The notes beneath the pieces are model-generated. The model saw only the letters and a program-made list of their open reading frames with translations, was not told the origin of the DNA and made no database searches. Both the position numbers and the translations under genes were made by a program. Positions 52,201 through 64,000 of a stretch of DNA of 64,000 nucleotides are shown here, piece after piece. Location of the stretch: positions 61,566,001 through 61,630,000 of the forward strand of contig CM060734.1 in assembly GCA_030704615.1 (NCBI GenBank), in the 5' to 3' direction. The stretch is from Takakia lepidozioides (lineage: Eukaryota; Plantae; Bryophyta). Each line of letters opens with the position of its first letter. The first letter of the stretch is position 1.

Positions 52201-54659
52201 AACATCTTTTCTCTGAATTGTAGAACTGTTCTTGCGCAGATAGAGGCTCGGGCACAGCTGATCTGGAGAAACAGCTGAACGATTACAAGATAACTATGAC
52301 TCCACCGACGGATACTCTAGAAGACTACGTCCGCCAGTGGAAAGCAGCTTGCTTCGGCACTTGCTTCTTCAGGGAGTTCGCCAAAGAGGGAGGCATCTCG
52401 TGCACTAACGACTTCGAGCAGCAGCATGGATCAGAACAGGCCATGAAGAGGGTTCTATACAGGTTCGTCTTGACACTCTTTTCCCACCCTTCTTTTTTTT
52501 CTCACGAAGTTTCGATTTCGTTGCAGCCCTGCTCTTTTGAATAAACAATCCCAAAATTGTGTGCGCTGACGCACTCAGTAAAGGGGTGGGCACTTCTGTG
52601 TCTCCCAAGCTCTCATTGTACATACGAATATCCGATCCTGTACTGAGCCACACCTGCCCTGGCTTGTAAGTAGGGCCTGACTGGACAGACCAAAAATTGA
52701 GTGCGCTAGCGCACTCAGTCAAGGGGTCCTTAAACAATTATCTCACACTTTCCCCACTCACTAATATTCCCTCTGTTTTGATTGTGTAGGTACATAAAAA
52801 ACGTTCTCATTCCAGGCCAAAACCTGAGTTGACACCCGCACTTTATTGACCTATGGAGTGATCCATCCAACGCTCAGACAATGTACACTGCAGGGATTTT
52901 GAAGAATTACGAGACCTCGCATCTTCGAAACTGCTGCTGGTATATGGATATCCCACGGTCTGGATCCCCTTGGTTTGAGCTTGTGACCCGAAATCAAAAC
53001 GACAATGCAGAGGCCTTGGCCCCTCTGACGGAGTTGCACGAGAGAAACTTGAGGATATTGGCTGAGAAAGAGCCTCTTGCACAAAATACGCCAGTCAAGC
53101 CTAGAAAGGACAAGGGGAAAGGGAAGGGAAAGGGGCAGAAAAACACTCTGAATGAGAATGAGATGGAGTCCCTGGTGCAACCGGGGCCACTGCAGACCCC
53201 ACCCCAGCCAGAAAGCCTGACCGAAAGAAAAAGGGCCTTAAAGAGCCCTACGATGCAATGGAGCACCCATCTAGAATCATTTTTCCGGGCATGTGCGAGC
53301 TGGTAAACGACAGGTTCCTGGCCATGATGGGGACAAGGAAGTCAAGTTACAGTGGTAATCCTTCCAAAACGTGGGACAAGCTCTGTGCTTTTCTCCAATC
53401 GGTAAGCAATTATCATGCATGTGTTTGAGTTTTGTTTTCTTTGTTTTATTTTTGCTCGGATCAGAAAGGTCGCTTATAAAACATCCTTCCCTTCTTACAC
53501 GCTATATTGCTTGCAGGAATGGAGGGGAAAGGAATCTCGGGTGAATGGTGCACTGAAACCGTTTGCTTCGGAGATGGTTATTGTGGACATTCCGGACGGG
53601 CATCCAATCCCGGATATTCTGCCCAGTGACACTTGCCCAACATGGAACAAATTTGACGAGAGGTATTGGAGTTGGGTGTTTTCCTTTTGCAGGTTTTTCC
53701 TTTTCGATGCAGGGGTTCTTGTTATCATACAATTTGTCACGATGAGATGTCGCCGGGAGCTGGCAAGCTACTTGAAAGCGTCGGGGATGCGGATTATCAA
53801 GACCTGGAATTATGTCAACAGCCTATATCTGACGAAGGGGGATTGCCCAGGGCAGAAGGTACGTTTCAAATACTTTATTTTTATGCCTTCTCTGTTGAAG
53901 TTCCACTGTACTGACTGTTATGAAGTCATGTTGTTCGCATTGCCTGAATTGAGTGCTTCAGCGCACTCAGTTTTGGCGGTGCATGAGCAATGACTCTGAA
54001 CCCGTTCCATCCGGAATGGGTCTGCACTCCCACCCAGATGTGCTATGAAACATTTCTCACTAATTATTGACCTCTTCATCGCAGATCCGTCTATTTGAGG
54101 CCGTCTGTCTCGTGAGGGTACATCCACTGTCGACTCCCACCACAGTGGTTGAGTTCGAGCTTCATGGGGGAGGATGTTTCATAAACGAGAGGTTCGATCC
54201 TGTCGTCAATGCCATGCACTACAACTATGTGGACTCCAACGTATGTTTGCGAAAGCCAAATGGAACACCTTGAAGAGGGACCCGTGAAAAAAGCCTGGCT
54301 TTTATCCAAACGATCATTGAGAGTTGTTCTCGGCCAGGGGCCCGCATCATAGATCTCACTCTCGGCACAGGTTTCTCTTCTTACCTTTGTCATCGATTTC
54401 TTTTCTTCTGCACGTCCTTTACTCAATATTCTAAAACTCTAATTCCATCATTCTGTCTCTTGCAGGCGCTTCTTACCATGCTTGCAAGGCAGGTGGCAGG
54501 CACTTGTTTGGTATGGAAGGAGATGCAGATATTTTCACTGGCCTACTCGCCGAGTTGCAAGGGGGCTCGTCTACCTCCAGTGTGAAGGATGTCACTGCGC
54601 AAATTGATATCCTCGACGAAGACGACAAGGACCTGGACAATGACTTCTCATGTGAGTAA
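49214..54659 (+). pseudogene. Multi-exon ParB/Srx-like + beta-class N4/N6 DNA methyltransferase gene carried by the transposon
   Basis: Predicted exons ~49214-49471, 50711-51307, 51414-51606, 51688-52127, 52239-52462, 52790-53401, 53517-53858, 54085-54370 and 54466-54659. ParB motif IWDGNHR at 51159. Motif IV-like VIVDIPDG at 53586. Motif X/I P*RGTREKS..PGARIIDLTLGTG|ASYHACKAGGRHLFGMEGD. Several stops and frameshifts are present. Confidence 0.75.
49551..53969. repeat. Dispersed 20-bp palindrome TGAGTGCG-N4-CGCACTCA (~12 copies)
   Basis: Copies at ~49555 (degenerate), 49679, 49797, 49943, 50058, 50205, 50319, 50513, 50619, 52558, 52698 (perfect TGAGTGCGCTAGCGCACTCA) and 53950. Confidence 0.92.
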
Positions 54660-56444
54660 GTTCATTTTCTGTCTATTTCATCCCTGTGTATATTCTCTGT
54701 CGCGTCCCCTTCTGTTGTCTGATTATTATCCAAATGGTGCATTTCTGATTGGAGGAATGTCAACGCAATCCCGTTGCCCCTGTCTTCCATATACTTGAGG
54801 GACTTGTGCTGGAGCCCACCACCTATTTATGTCCTTCCCGACTACGCGGAAGGCATTGTTCGTATGCATGCAGCTGTGTTTTCTCCCCCACCCTTGCGTT
54901 GGAGTTCCAGGAAGACGCTCAGGCACCTCAGCGCAAAGGTCTTCATAGATGATAGTCCGCAGTTTCAGGTGGTAGTAGTACTCCTAGTAGTTCAGCAGAT
55001 TCAGGTGGTAGCATTAGCAGTGTTGACACCACCTACGGATGTACTTGAGGGCATTCATTTATGGAACATGAGGGGACACACTCTCCGTTTTCCGTTGCAC
55101 CACCATTTCTCTTCCCACCATCCGTTGTAATGAGCACAGACTACAATGAAATTCACATCCCGTCATTGAAACATTCTCTCCCCCGCGTCGTGCGAATTTG
55201 AAAGTGTTTTCCTTCTAAACATTGCTCTCCAATTCAACCGTGTGCATTCAATAAAAGTTTTTCAACGGAGATAAATATATGCATAGTCCAGTAGACAGTC
55301 ATTCGACATATGCCATCACACCAATATTTGGTTGGATGGATGGAGGATGAATGTTTTTGGATGGATGAAGCCAGATTGGATGTGACCTGTGGATGAATGT
55401 TGCATGCATGGATGGTCCCATGGATGATATCAGTGCACAGTATCATGCACAAGGGCGGGATGGCGAGGTTCAATGTCGGGGTTGAGGTGGGTCCCTACGG
55501 CCTACGAGGGTTGGGGTTTCTGTTTGGGGTTGCAAGGTAAATATGGATGAAGACGTGTTTCTGCGGTAATGGGTCCTCTTCCACGGAAATAGACGCTGCA
55601 TCTTTCCCAAAATCATGCCACGTGTCCTGGGCTCACACTCTAGCATCCCCCTTTATAACATAGCTGGAATTGGAACGCGGGTTTGAGGGATCTCATGAGG
55701 GGCAGAGCACGTGGCAGTGACACTTCTTGTCATTTCTTGCATTAATGTTGTGAGTATGGCATACATATATGCTGGAAAATGGACAACATAGCTCGCTCCA
55801 CGTCTTCCCACACACTCGCAATTTTGAATTGGGCGATGTCCTACAGGTGGTCGGTGGGATCTGGCTTCTCCGCTATAAAATGCCTCCCTTCAATATGGTG
55901 ATAGGTGCCTCCCTCTTCCGACCCCTCTTGCGAATGATGGGCCCACCAAATCAGCTTTTGGCAAAATCCCTAATTTTTTTATTTTTTATTTTTTTTCCAA
56001 CGTCATTTCCATTGGCCGTGTCGGCAAGCCCACCCAGGCGAGGTCGAAATCTGGCGATTATTCGCCACTAAAGAATGGCCGGTCCTGAGTAACGATGTCA
56101 GAACAGACCAATCTGAGGATAAGAAAGCCGGAGAGTGTAACTTACTCCCACAAGGCCCGAGCGATCAAGACGGGAGATAAAGATAAAGTTTCTTTAACGT
56201 CCAGTGAAGGACGCCCGAGTATACAACAAACAGAGAAGGGACCCTGCATCATCAATCACGATACTCAACGTTGCAGGACTCTCTCAACACTGCCAAAAAT
56301 TCAACACTAGCAGCTATCTTTGTAGGCACCATCGAGACACCACATGAGTCATCTAAGGCCATCTTCGTGAGTGGGATATTATACTACATTTGCTAGCATC
56401 GGTCTCTAGTGATCGATGTGAGCTCCTAGCGAAGATTCGATATC

Positions 56445-57524
56445 ATGGCTAATTCATCGCAAAAGATGGTGGTTCTAGCTACGTCGGGGCTTCTCTGTAT
56501 ATTGGTATTGGCAATGCTCAACGGAGCTCAAGCAGCAGTAAGTGCCTGCAACAAGTGGAAATTGTCACGTCCTCCCTCATGTGTTTTGTGGTTGTTGATC
56601 TTATTCAACCAGCATCAGTGCAACTAGTTGATGAACAAAGAATTGTTGTTATTGCTTATCGTACGTTGTGGAGTTCTAATTTGCTCTAGGAACCCGTGAT
56701 TGTCCAGTGCTCTTGATTCTTTCACTGTTCCGCATGAGCTAGCTACTGATGTGAGTCAGTACATTGTTTCCTCGCCATGCTCATGATTTGCACTCATCTT
56801 CATGTCTTGTATTGGATCCTCAATAATCACCCTATCCATTATTATGGGTGCTTTTGGAGTTGGGTGTCATGGATAGATATATAGGGTACGGTCTCTGTAG
56901 ATGATGTACCTACGCACTTTTCGATCAAATTTGACAAACTCATGCCGCCTACATCACTCGTGCATTTGGATTTGTGTTGTTGGAATGACAAATATGCCCC
57001 CAATATGCATCATAATTTTGATTTGTGCATTTACTGTTCCACTATCCAACGGACGAAGATACAGATGATTAATTCATGGATGTGTGTGTATGTGGTGGCG
57101 TTCAACACAGTGTGGTAATTTTATTGCATCTTGCGACATAACATCTAGACATATCAGGAGAAGCGTCCTCTCAGCCTCATGCACAAATACGAATGGAGAC
57201 TGCGTGAATTCTGAATTAGATCTCAATCGCTATCTAGGCAACAACAACGGGAACTTGGTGCCGGGATCTAATTTCTCGGCGTCATGCACCACCCTGGAAT
57301 TTGTGTTGGGATTCAATGTTTATGCTCTTTGCACGAAGCTAGATGGCATCACTCAGGATACCTCCTATGACTTGCAAAACAATGTCGTGAACAGTAACGG
57401 GATTTTGGCCTGGAACAATTGTCGCCGACGCTCTTTGCTTGAATCCACGCCAGTTGATGCGGCTCACGAGGACCTTGCGGATCAAGATCATTATGCACTC
57501 GGAGGCAGGAAGATGCTCCACTGA
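56445..57524 (+). CDS. Secreted cyanovirin-N homolog (CVNH) lectin, 2 exons
   Basis: Exon 1 (56445-56537) is a signal peptide ending AQAA|gtaagt. Exon 2 (57111-57524) reads CGNFIASC...LSASC..NG...SELDLNRYLGNNNGNL...NFSASC...YDLQNNVVNSNGIL, i.e. two CVNH half-repeats. Confidence 0.85.
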
Positions 57525-60500
57525 AGATCGAAGCTCAAACAGGCAAATAAACGTTCAGTATGATGCGTGTATCCAATGTGTCCGTGTTGGTCATTTACAC
57601 GCTGTTGCATCTAGTACAGCTGTAGCTATGAGCTAGGGAAATTGGGCCTTGACCAACGGTTGATCCAGTCCGGATATACTCATATTATGGACTTTGGTTG
57701 ACACATTTTGTTGTCAACTCAGTTAGGTTTGGTATATACACCATGGCTGTGTGGGGGCCAAATAGCCGATTCAGTAAGTAGCTTAATAACTGTATGAAGA
57801 GAGTAGCAAATACTTTGTGGGTTGTTTGAATGGTGAAGAATACAAACAAGTTTTGCTAATGGCGGTTCATTATATCTCACATAATGTGGTAAAGGCGGTG
57901 GAGCTTCAAAAAAATCTAACTTGGGGTCAAATGTGGTTTGTGTGAAGACCCCACTGGGTTTGCAAGTTCGCCAACATCCCAGAGAGAGAGAGAGAGAGTG
58001 TGTGTGTGTGGTTACGGTTATGGTCCATGGAGTGCTGGATTGCCAGTATCCAGAAAGATGCAGAATGGAAGGTTGGGCACACTGTTTAAGGTAAGATGCT
58101 GCAACCTGTGGGTCATATCCAAGATGTATGTGTGAAAACGTGTCTTGAAATGGTAATAGGGCATTTATAAAATTACAAGGTCCCGTGGAGAGGGTGTCTG
58201 AGCAGTAACCCTGTGAATCATGTACATTGAATCAGCAGGCTGTGTTTAGGGATTTCCTCCTTGGCATTTCTATCTCTTGGAGGAAATTGACCTTGAAAGA
58301 CCTTCAGGATCCCTCTCCTAGACCTGAAGTACAACTCTATACAAACAGCATTGACATGCATCTACTTCTTCCTAGGGTGTTCCAAAGGCTTAAAATACCT
58401 ACTGACGTGAACTTTGTACTCTTGTGGATTGTTTTTCACCTCCTAGACCTAAGGTGATTGATGTGACTTGTGGCGACCCTCCCACCCACTTGGTCTTGGT
58501 TTTTGACTGGTTTTATGAAGTCTAGTCTTCCTCTACAGCTCATCTGAATGTATAGGCATGACCTGTCATTACAGTTTTGTAGAAGATTTTTGTTGATTCC
58601 TTTTTGTGGGTTTTAAGCAAAAGCTGCCTAGTCTTTATAGCTCGTTGCTATTGGGGTTTGTTGATGGAGCCGTTTGCAAGGCTGATGATGTCTTTAATGA
58701 AAAGTAGCAATCTGATTCAGACTTCTTTTCTAGTCTTGACATGACTAGAAAAGCGGTGCCCCATGCCCTCTCTCTCTCTTTACCCTCGCAATGTTAGTGT
58801 CTGTTCAGTCTTAGAGTGCCCAAATTAGGCATGGGGCACACGGCCACAACTGCACCTGCGTATGTCATATGCCGAATGAACAGGGCTGCATCATAATGTG
58901 CTGTGGTTCCACTGTGCTACATGTGCACATGGAGCAGCTGCAGCAAGTTAACAGCCTCCATGTCATTCAAGAGGTAAGCACTTACCCTTTGCAGATTCCT
59001 GATTGCTAGCTAGTTCTGTTCAGTCTGTGTGCACCTTCCTTATTCTAGGACAGAAAAGGCAGTAGTGCATACAGCCATATCAAGATGCATGACATTCAGA
59101 TGGAATGTTTGAGATTAGCCTCTCTGTGTCTTTCAGATTCCTGATTAGTAGCAAATTCCATTGGCTTGTGGATTGGATACCTCCTTCCCACCAAGATGAA
59201 CAGGTAATGACGTAATGACCCGCCAACAAACACAGTCTACTGCCGGTAACGTACTGAAATCCAACCTCTTCAAAGCGTCATGGTACTAGCACAGGAGTGG
59301 TGACAACCATCAGATATAACTCATAAATGACCCCCTTAGGAAGGCAGATTATGCAGTAATCTCAGAAACGTCCAACTGGAGCTTAGCACCTAATCAGATC
59401 TAATTCATGTCTGCCTGAATGCTTAACCCTGGGCCCTTTCGAAGTGATTGCAAATTAACCTCGCCACTCTTCTCATTTCACCCCATCCATCCTCTTGTTA
59501 TGTATCCCACCTTCACGGTCAACCTCTGACACATGGTGGATGGTCTTGTAGATGAAGCAAGGATCCCCCTGCAAACACATCCACCTCCTACTTTGAGCTG
59601 GCTCCTGTTGTGTGTAATCTTACAGGTCTATTCCTTGTGACTCAAGTTATAGGGTGAGGGATACCTGCCATTGCTTATGTCTGCACTTGTTTGACTACAT
59701 CTTCCCACTGGGCACATTGTGTTGGAAGGGTCTGTCTCTTTCTTCTCTTGGTCTTGAATGCCATGCATAGCTGATTCCCACTAGTGTTAAAAACAAGTCA
59801 CAGAAACTGAATGGTGAATGAATATGTTGCAAAAATGAGGGGCACCAACATGATGCAGCTTCTTGTTCAAATTTATCATGTCCCATGTCTACTCATTCCG
59901 AGCAATCTGATCAAAGAAACACTTCATTCTAGTCTACACAAATCCCTGTTTTTCACTTTGGTGTAGTTTAGACACCATCTCATTCTCTCTCTTGGATCCA
60001 GCATTCCTAACATTTCAGGAACTAATTCCTGCTTGTTGGTTACACCTAACCTCCAACCCATCACAGAACCTTTCCAACCTTGTGAATGCCACATCGTTCT
60101 ATCATATCTTCTGGCTGTCACAGCAACTAAGAGAGTACGGCTTGGAGCGATTTTGCACAAAGCTTGTACACTGCAGGGGGGGGGAATCCTCTTCCTCCAA
60201 AGGCAGAGCTCTGAATTATAGGTGTTTTAATTGTACAAAAACAAAGTAGTTGAGGAAATTGCAAGCCATTGGCGACTTTCAATGTAATTGCAATGTTAAG
60301 ATTAGATTAAAGTGTCTCAGCAGCTCAAAGAGTGCCCAATATTTGTAATGTACACATCCTGTGTTGCTTGACTGTCACACCCTCCTCAACTAGGCTAACA
60401 CTAAAACTGCGGGCACCGAACCTTGATTAAAAGCTAGGAAGCAACATGGCTCTGCCTATAGGCGAGAGAGATACTTATTCATCTCTATGTGACGATGAGC

Positions 60501-60967
60501 CCCAAAGGACCTGAGAGCTATCAGCTCAGTTATTGCAGTCACTTACACACACATTTATATGCTGGGTTTCCCTCCCGCTTGAGCTCGCATACCCTGTATG
60601 ATCTGAAGAACTAGCTGGTGGAGTAACGTCTGAGCACATGTACTTCTTCAATGTCTGTCATGCAGATGGTTTGACACACCTCGAAGGGCCAGTTTATCCT
60701 GTACATGACTGTCCCGATCTCTCATTGTGAATCCTATCAGGTGCAAGCGACAAATTGAGACATGTTGTTCGAGTGACTCCACAAGATCTTGCCAGAGTCT
60801 ACTTAAAGGAGAGCAGACTGGGGTGGGAGCAGAACAAGTGGGCACCAAGAGCTAAGAAGTACCTGCGGATATTGGGAAACGAAAAAATCAAAACCGTGAA
60901 AGCACTCTCCGCACTTTGACTTTCTAGCAAGCCTTCAAGAGAGAAGCATCAGGGTCTAAGCTGCTAT

Positions 60968-63076
60968 CTAACATCGCCAGGAGGAAGCAGCAACGATGGG
61001 CTTTCCCTTCCATCCGAGCACCAGGCACCCCTTTTCCTCAGAGATGGTGTAGCCCTCGCAACGGAAATTTGACAGCCACATGCGTGCCTGGCTTGCGAAC
61101 TTGATGGGCATCGGCTGGAAGCCTGCACGAGACATGCGTCGCCGCCATTGATCGACCCTTTCGTGTCGCTCCACGCGCGCCGGGCCCTCACAGGACACGA
61201 TATTCTTGATCTCTTCTGCAAAGTGGAATTGCTCTATCTTTTGACGAGCCGTGCTGTATTTGGGGAGGATGGCATCCAGCGAGTCGAATATTGCAGAGTA
61301 GTAATGCAAGGACTCCATGAACCGGCCCAGAAAGAAGGGCCCGTTGTGGCTAGCATCTTGTTCCACGAGTGTGAGAACCTTGGGAGACAGATCATGAATT
61401 GATTGCAAGACAGAGTTGAGGGAACCCCGACTTTCCTTCACCACACAATGGAGTTGCAGCACAGTGTTCACCGCTAGCGCCTCTCCCTCTCGCAAGTCCA
61501 GCATCGACTTCTGCAGGCTTTCAAGAGATTCTTCCACGGCATGAAATTCAAACGGAATGTTATGTTTTTCAGCAACTTTAGTGAGTTCCACACCACTCTC
61601 CTTCATCTTCACCCATGAAGTCCCCACACCAGTGATGCGGAGGAGCCTTGGGGGACCTCCCCGCCGACCAGCCAGGTCTTGAATCAGGTAGGGCCATTGC
61701 ATGCTGTTTGTCATGCCTAAGTCTACCACGTGCAGGTACTGCTCTCCCTCAAAGGCTTCCATAATAGATTTGTTGGCAGCACAGTGTCCGAAGATCAGGT
61801 AAGGACAATGCTTATACATCAAGGAATAGCCCTCTAGTCTCTCTCTCTCTGACGGAGCCTTCTGGGCGGCCGCTGCCTTGAAGCCTTGGAATCCAGTGAC
61901 GGCCAAGCGAGCTGTGAGGCCTTCCACAAAGCATGCGGTCACTCGTTGCATCGAATCCCCGAATGGAGAAGCCATGGTGTGGAGCTGGCAAAGCAAGGTG
62001 TTTGCTTGGCGAGCATCTCGGCAGGCCACTGCCTCGGCGCAGGCCAGAAGCCGCTTGACCATTCGAATGGCCGATGGGTTTTCCGCAGACTTCAAGCCCG
62101 CTGGCCGCTTTATGAATGGGCTTTCCCAGTCCATGGCGCTGATGGAGGATTCTTCCAGCTTTGACGCTTTCCTTTTGTAGTGCTGGAAGGATTCCCCTCG
62201 CCATTCTGCAGACGCTGCCGTTATGGTGCTAGAATTTGCAGAGCTCCCGTCCTCCAGTTTGGCCACTTTGGGTTTAGAAGAGCCCTGAAAAGGATTGCAA
62301 CTGACTGCTCGCATGGCTTCCGCAGTCATGGTACACATTCCCGGGGCACAATTGGGAGAGCCTGAGCCATTTGAGTCTGACTGATGGGAGTTAAACGGCT
62401 GGCTTCTAGAGTTCTTCAAACTTGATAAAGAATCCCATGAGGCAGGAGGGCCTGAGAAAGAGAGAAATTCAACACTCACTTTGTCTTTGTCAGCATCTAT
62501 CCTTTCGAGCTTTGGAACCTTAACAGAGCGGTTGCCAAACTTGTCCCCGGGTTCACCGATCACGCCCCCGCTTGTTTGCGGAGAGAAATTGTTAGATGCA
62601 GATGACTCCACTGAGTACTTTGTGCTGGTGCCGCTTGTGAAGGAATTAGGTTCGGGGACAACCTCGTGTTCATTGAAGAAAATCCACTGACAGGGATCTT
62701 GAGGCTGTCCGAGCAGATTCAAGTTATAGAGGTCTTGATCCTGAGCAAGTAGATTGCAGTCCTCCTGGAAGGTGTTCAGTGATGAAATTGTGCTGGAAGG
62801 GGACTGCACCAGACCCGCAATGAGCTCGTCCAAAGTTGGATCCCAAAATCTAATGTTGCCAGGATTACCCGTTGGCTCTAACACCGTAGCATTCGAGGTG
62901 AATCCCTTGCTGCCAGAATCAACATGCGGTGCAAGCTCTGGGGACTCACTATTGGGTGAGTACGAAAGAGAGCACCCCGCGACGGTGAAAGGAGAATCTG
63001 GGAAGAGAGGTTTTTCCCATCTCTCCCTCTTTAACAAGTTGGGGTTATTGATCTTAGGGTACATGAATGTTGCCAT
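60968..63076 (-). CDS. RAD1: GRAS transcription factor, RAD1 (Required for Arbuscule Development 1) clade
   Basis: Intronless 702 aa. LHVVDLG, HCVVKESRGSLNSVLQ, EQDASHNGPFFLGRFMESLHYYSAIFDSLD, ERHERVDQWRRRMSRAGFQ and terminal AASSWRC match the RAD1 signature as I recall it. Confidence 0.88.
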   Translation of the reverse strand: MATFMYPKINNPNLLKRERWEKPLFPDSPFTVAGCSLSYSPNSESPELAPHVDSGSKGFTSNATVLEPTGNPGNIRFWDPTLDELIAGLVQSPSSTISSLNTFQEDCNLLAQDQDLYNLNLLGQPQDPCQWIFFNEHEVVPEPNSFTSGTSTKYSVESSASNNFSPQTSGGVIGEPGDKFGNRSVKVPKLERIDADKDKVSVEFLSFSGPPASWDSLSSLKNSRSQPFNSHQSDSNGSGSPNCAPGMCTMTAEAMRAVSCNPFQGSSKPKVAKLEDGSSANSSTITAASAEWRGESFQHYKRKASKLEESSISAMDWESPFIKRPAGLKSAENPSAIRMVKRLLACAEAVACRDARQANTLLCQLHTMASPFGDSMQRVTACFVEGLTARLAVTGFQGFKAAAAQKAPSERERLEGYSLMYKHCPYLIFGHCAANKSIMEAFEGEQYLHVVDLGMTNSMQWPYLIQDLAGRRGGPPRLLRITGVGTSWVKMKESGVELTKVAEKHNIPFEFHAVEESLESLQKSMLDLREGEALAVNTVLQLHCVVKESRGSLNSVLQSIHDLSPKVLTLVEQDASHNGPFFLGRFMESLHYYSAIFDSLDAILPKYSTARQKIEQFHFAEEIKNIVSCEGPARVERHERVDQWRRRMSRAGFQPMPIKFASQARMWLSNFRCEGYTISEEKGCLVLGWKGKPIVAASSWRC

Positions 63077-63913
63077 CGCTGGAGCTTAAGACAAGCACGC
63101 GGAGATATGCTCAGCTCGCTCCCTCTCTGGGGCCGACTTGTTCTCGAAGTTTCTTCTTCTTTCTAACGCGGCGGCACCTCTGAGCAGGATGGGTCAGTTT
63201 TCTCACCTTTCTGACGCGGCCATGGCTGAGCACTCTCTCTCTCTCTTTCTGACTCTCTCTCCTTTCTCTTCCGTTCTCTTCCGCGTTCCTTTCCCTCCTC
63301 CGCTTTCTAGTGGATCCCTTGTCCTCCAGTCTCCACCCTTCACTCACAAATTTGGCTAAAGTTTGTCAACTTCTCACTACAAATCCTTTGATTTCTCGCT
63401 ATGATCAATTTTCGCCCCCTTTCTACCGCTGATGGAATACAAGGACATTTTCTGCCTCCCCTTGTTGCTTAACACGACTCCCTACCAGCTTGCTCTCACT
63501 CGCTCAGAAAACAAGCACTCTCGGCAGATTCGAAGTAGGAAAAAGCATGAGAAGACAGGTCCTTTCCGTTGCGTTTATGGCTGGGATGACTCTATGTTTG
63601 ACACGCTCAGAAAGCAGCAATGCTCTAATACCGCAATAGCTGATCTTTCTCTTTGTCGCCCGTCCCAAAAACAAAACACCAAAGTTTACCTCTTTCTTCG
63701 AGTCTTCTCACAACTCTCTCTCAAGCAAGTGATCAGATGTCTGCGCAAAGCATTAGTATCACTGCAAGAGTGACACTGAGTGAGAAGATGTGAAAAATAG
63801 ATGTCTCAAATTTCACAGGAGACAAAGGTCTAGAGGGTGGCTTGGTGGGAAGCAACAGAGGTGAAAGCACAGGCAGTCTATCGCCACATATCAATCTTCA
63901 TCTCAATCTCCAT

Positions 63914-63915
<2 letters not shown>

Positions 63916-63954
<39 letters not shown>
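63916..63954. repeat. (CT)n microsatellite upstream of RAD1
   Basis: About 19 CT units; (TA)n runs also occur at ~1868, 2480 and 6795. Confidence 0.95.
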
Positions 63955-63957
<3 letters not shown>

Positions 63958-64000
63958 CACAGTGAGGTAGCAAGCTCTAGTGCAAGGCAGCCTGCATATA

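Overview
This is a eukaryotic nuclear window from a land plant, most likely a seed-free, mycorrhiza-competent lineage such as a hornwort, lycophyte or fern. The clues are spliceosomal introns, an expanded PLS-DYW PPR family, a CVNH lectin and the AM-symbiosis GRAS gene RAD1. Apparently intact genes are a PLS-DYW PPR editing factor, mitochondrial RPL3, CHMP1/VPS46, QCR9 (three small exons missed by the ORF track), UDP-glucose dehydrogenase, a secreted CVNH lectin and RAD1. A homoserine kinase pseudogene and several PPR pseudogenes are also present. Three systems stand out. (1) A local family of PPR-DYW genes has upstream exons encoding intron-split 'PDF' ssDNA-binding motifs of the OSB organellar SSB family, which makes them PDF-PPR-DYW fusions. 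(2) A decayed ~10 kb GCM/MULE-like transposon carries a divergently transcribed, intron-containing ParB-like + beta-class amino-DNA-methyltransferase gene, and about 12 copies of a 20-bp parS-like palindrome lie in its predicted introns. (3) A Dualen-like non-LTR retrotransposon (APE + RT + RNase H + CCHC/RLE) also carries a chromodomain and a PCIF1/CAPAM-like methyltransferase fold, with a tRNA-derived SINE nested in its RT. All family assignments come from manual motif reading; no database searches were run.
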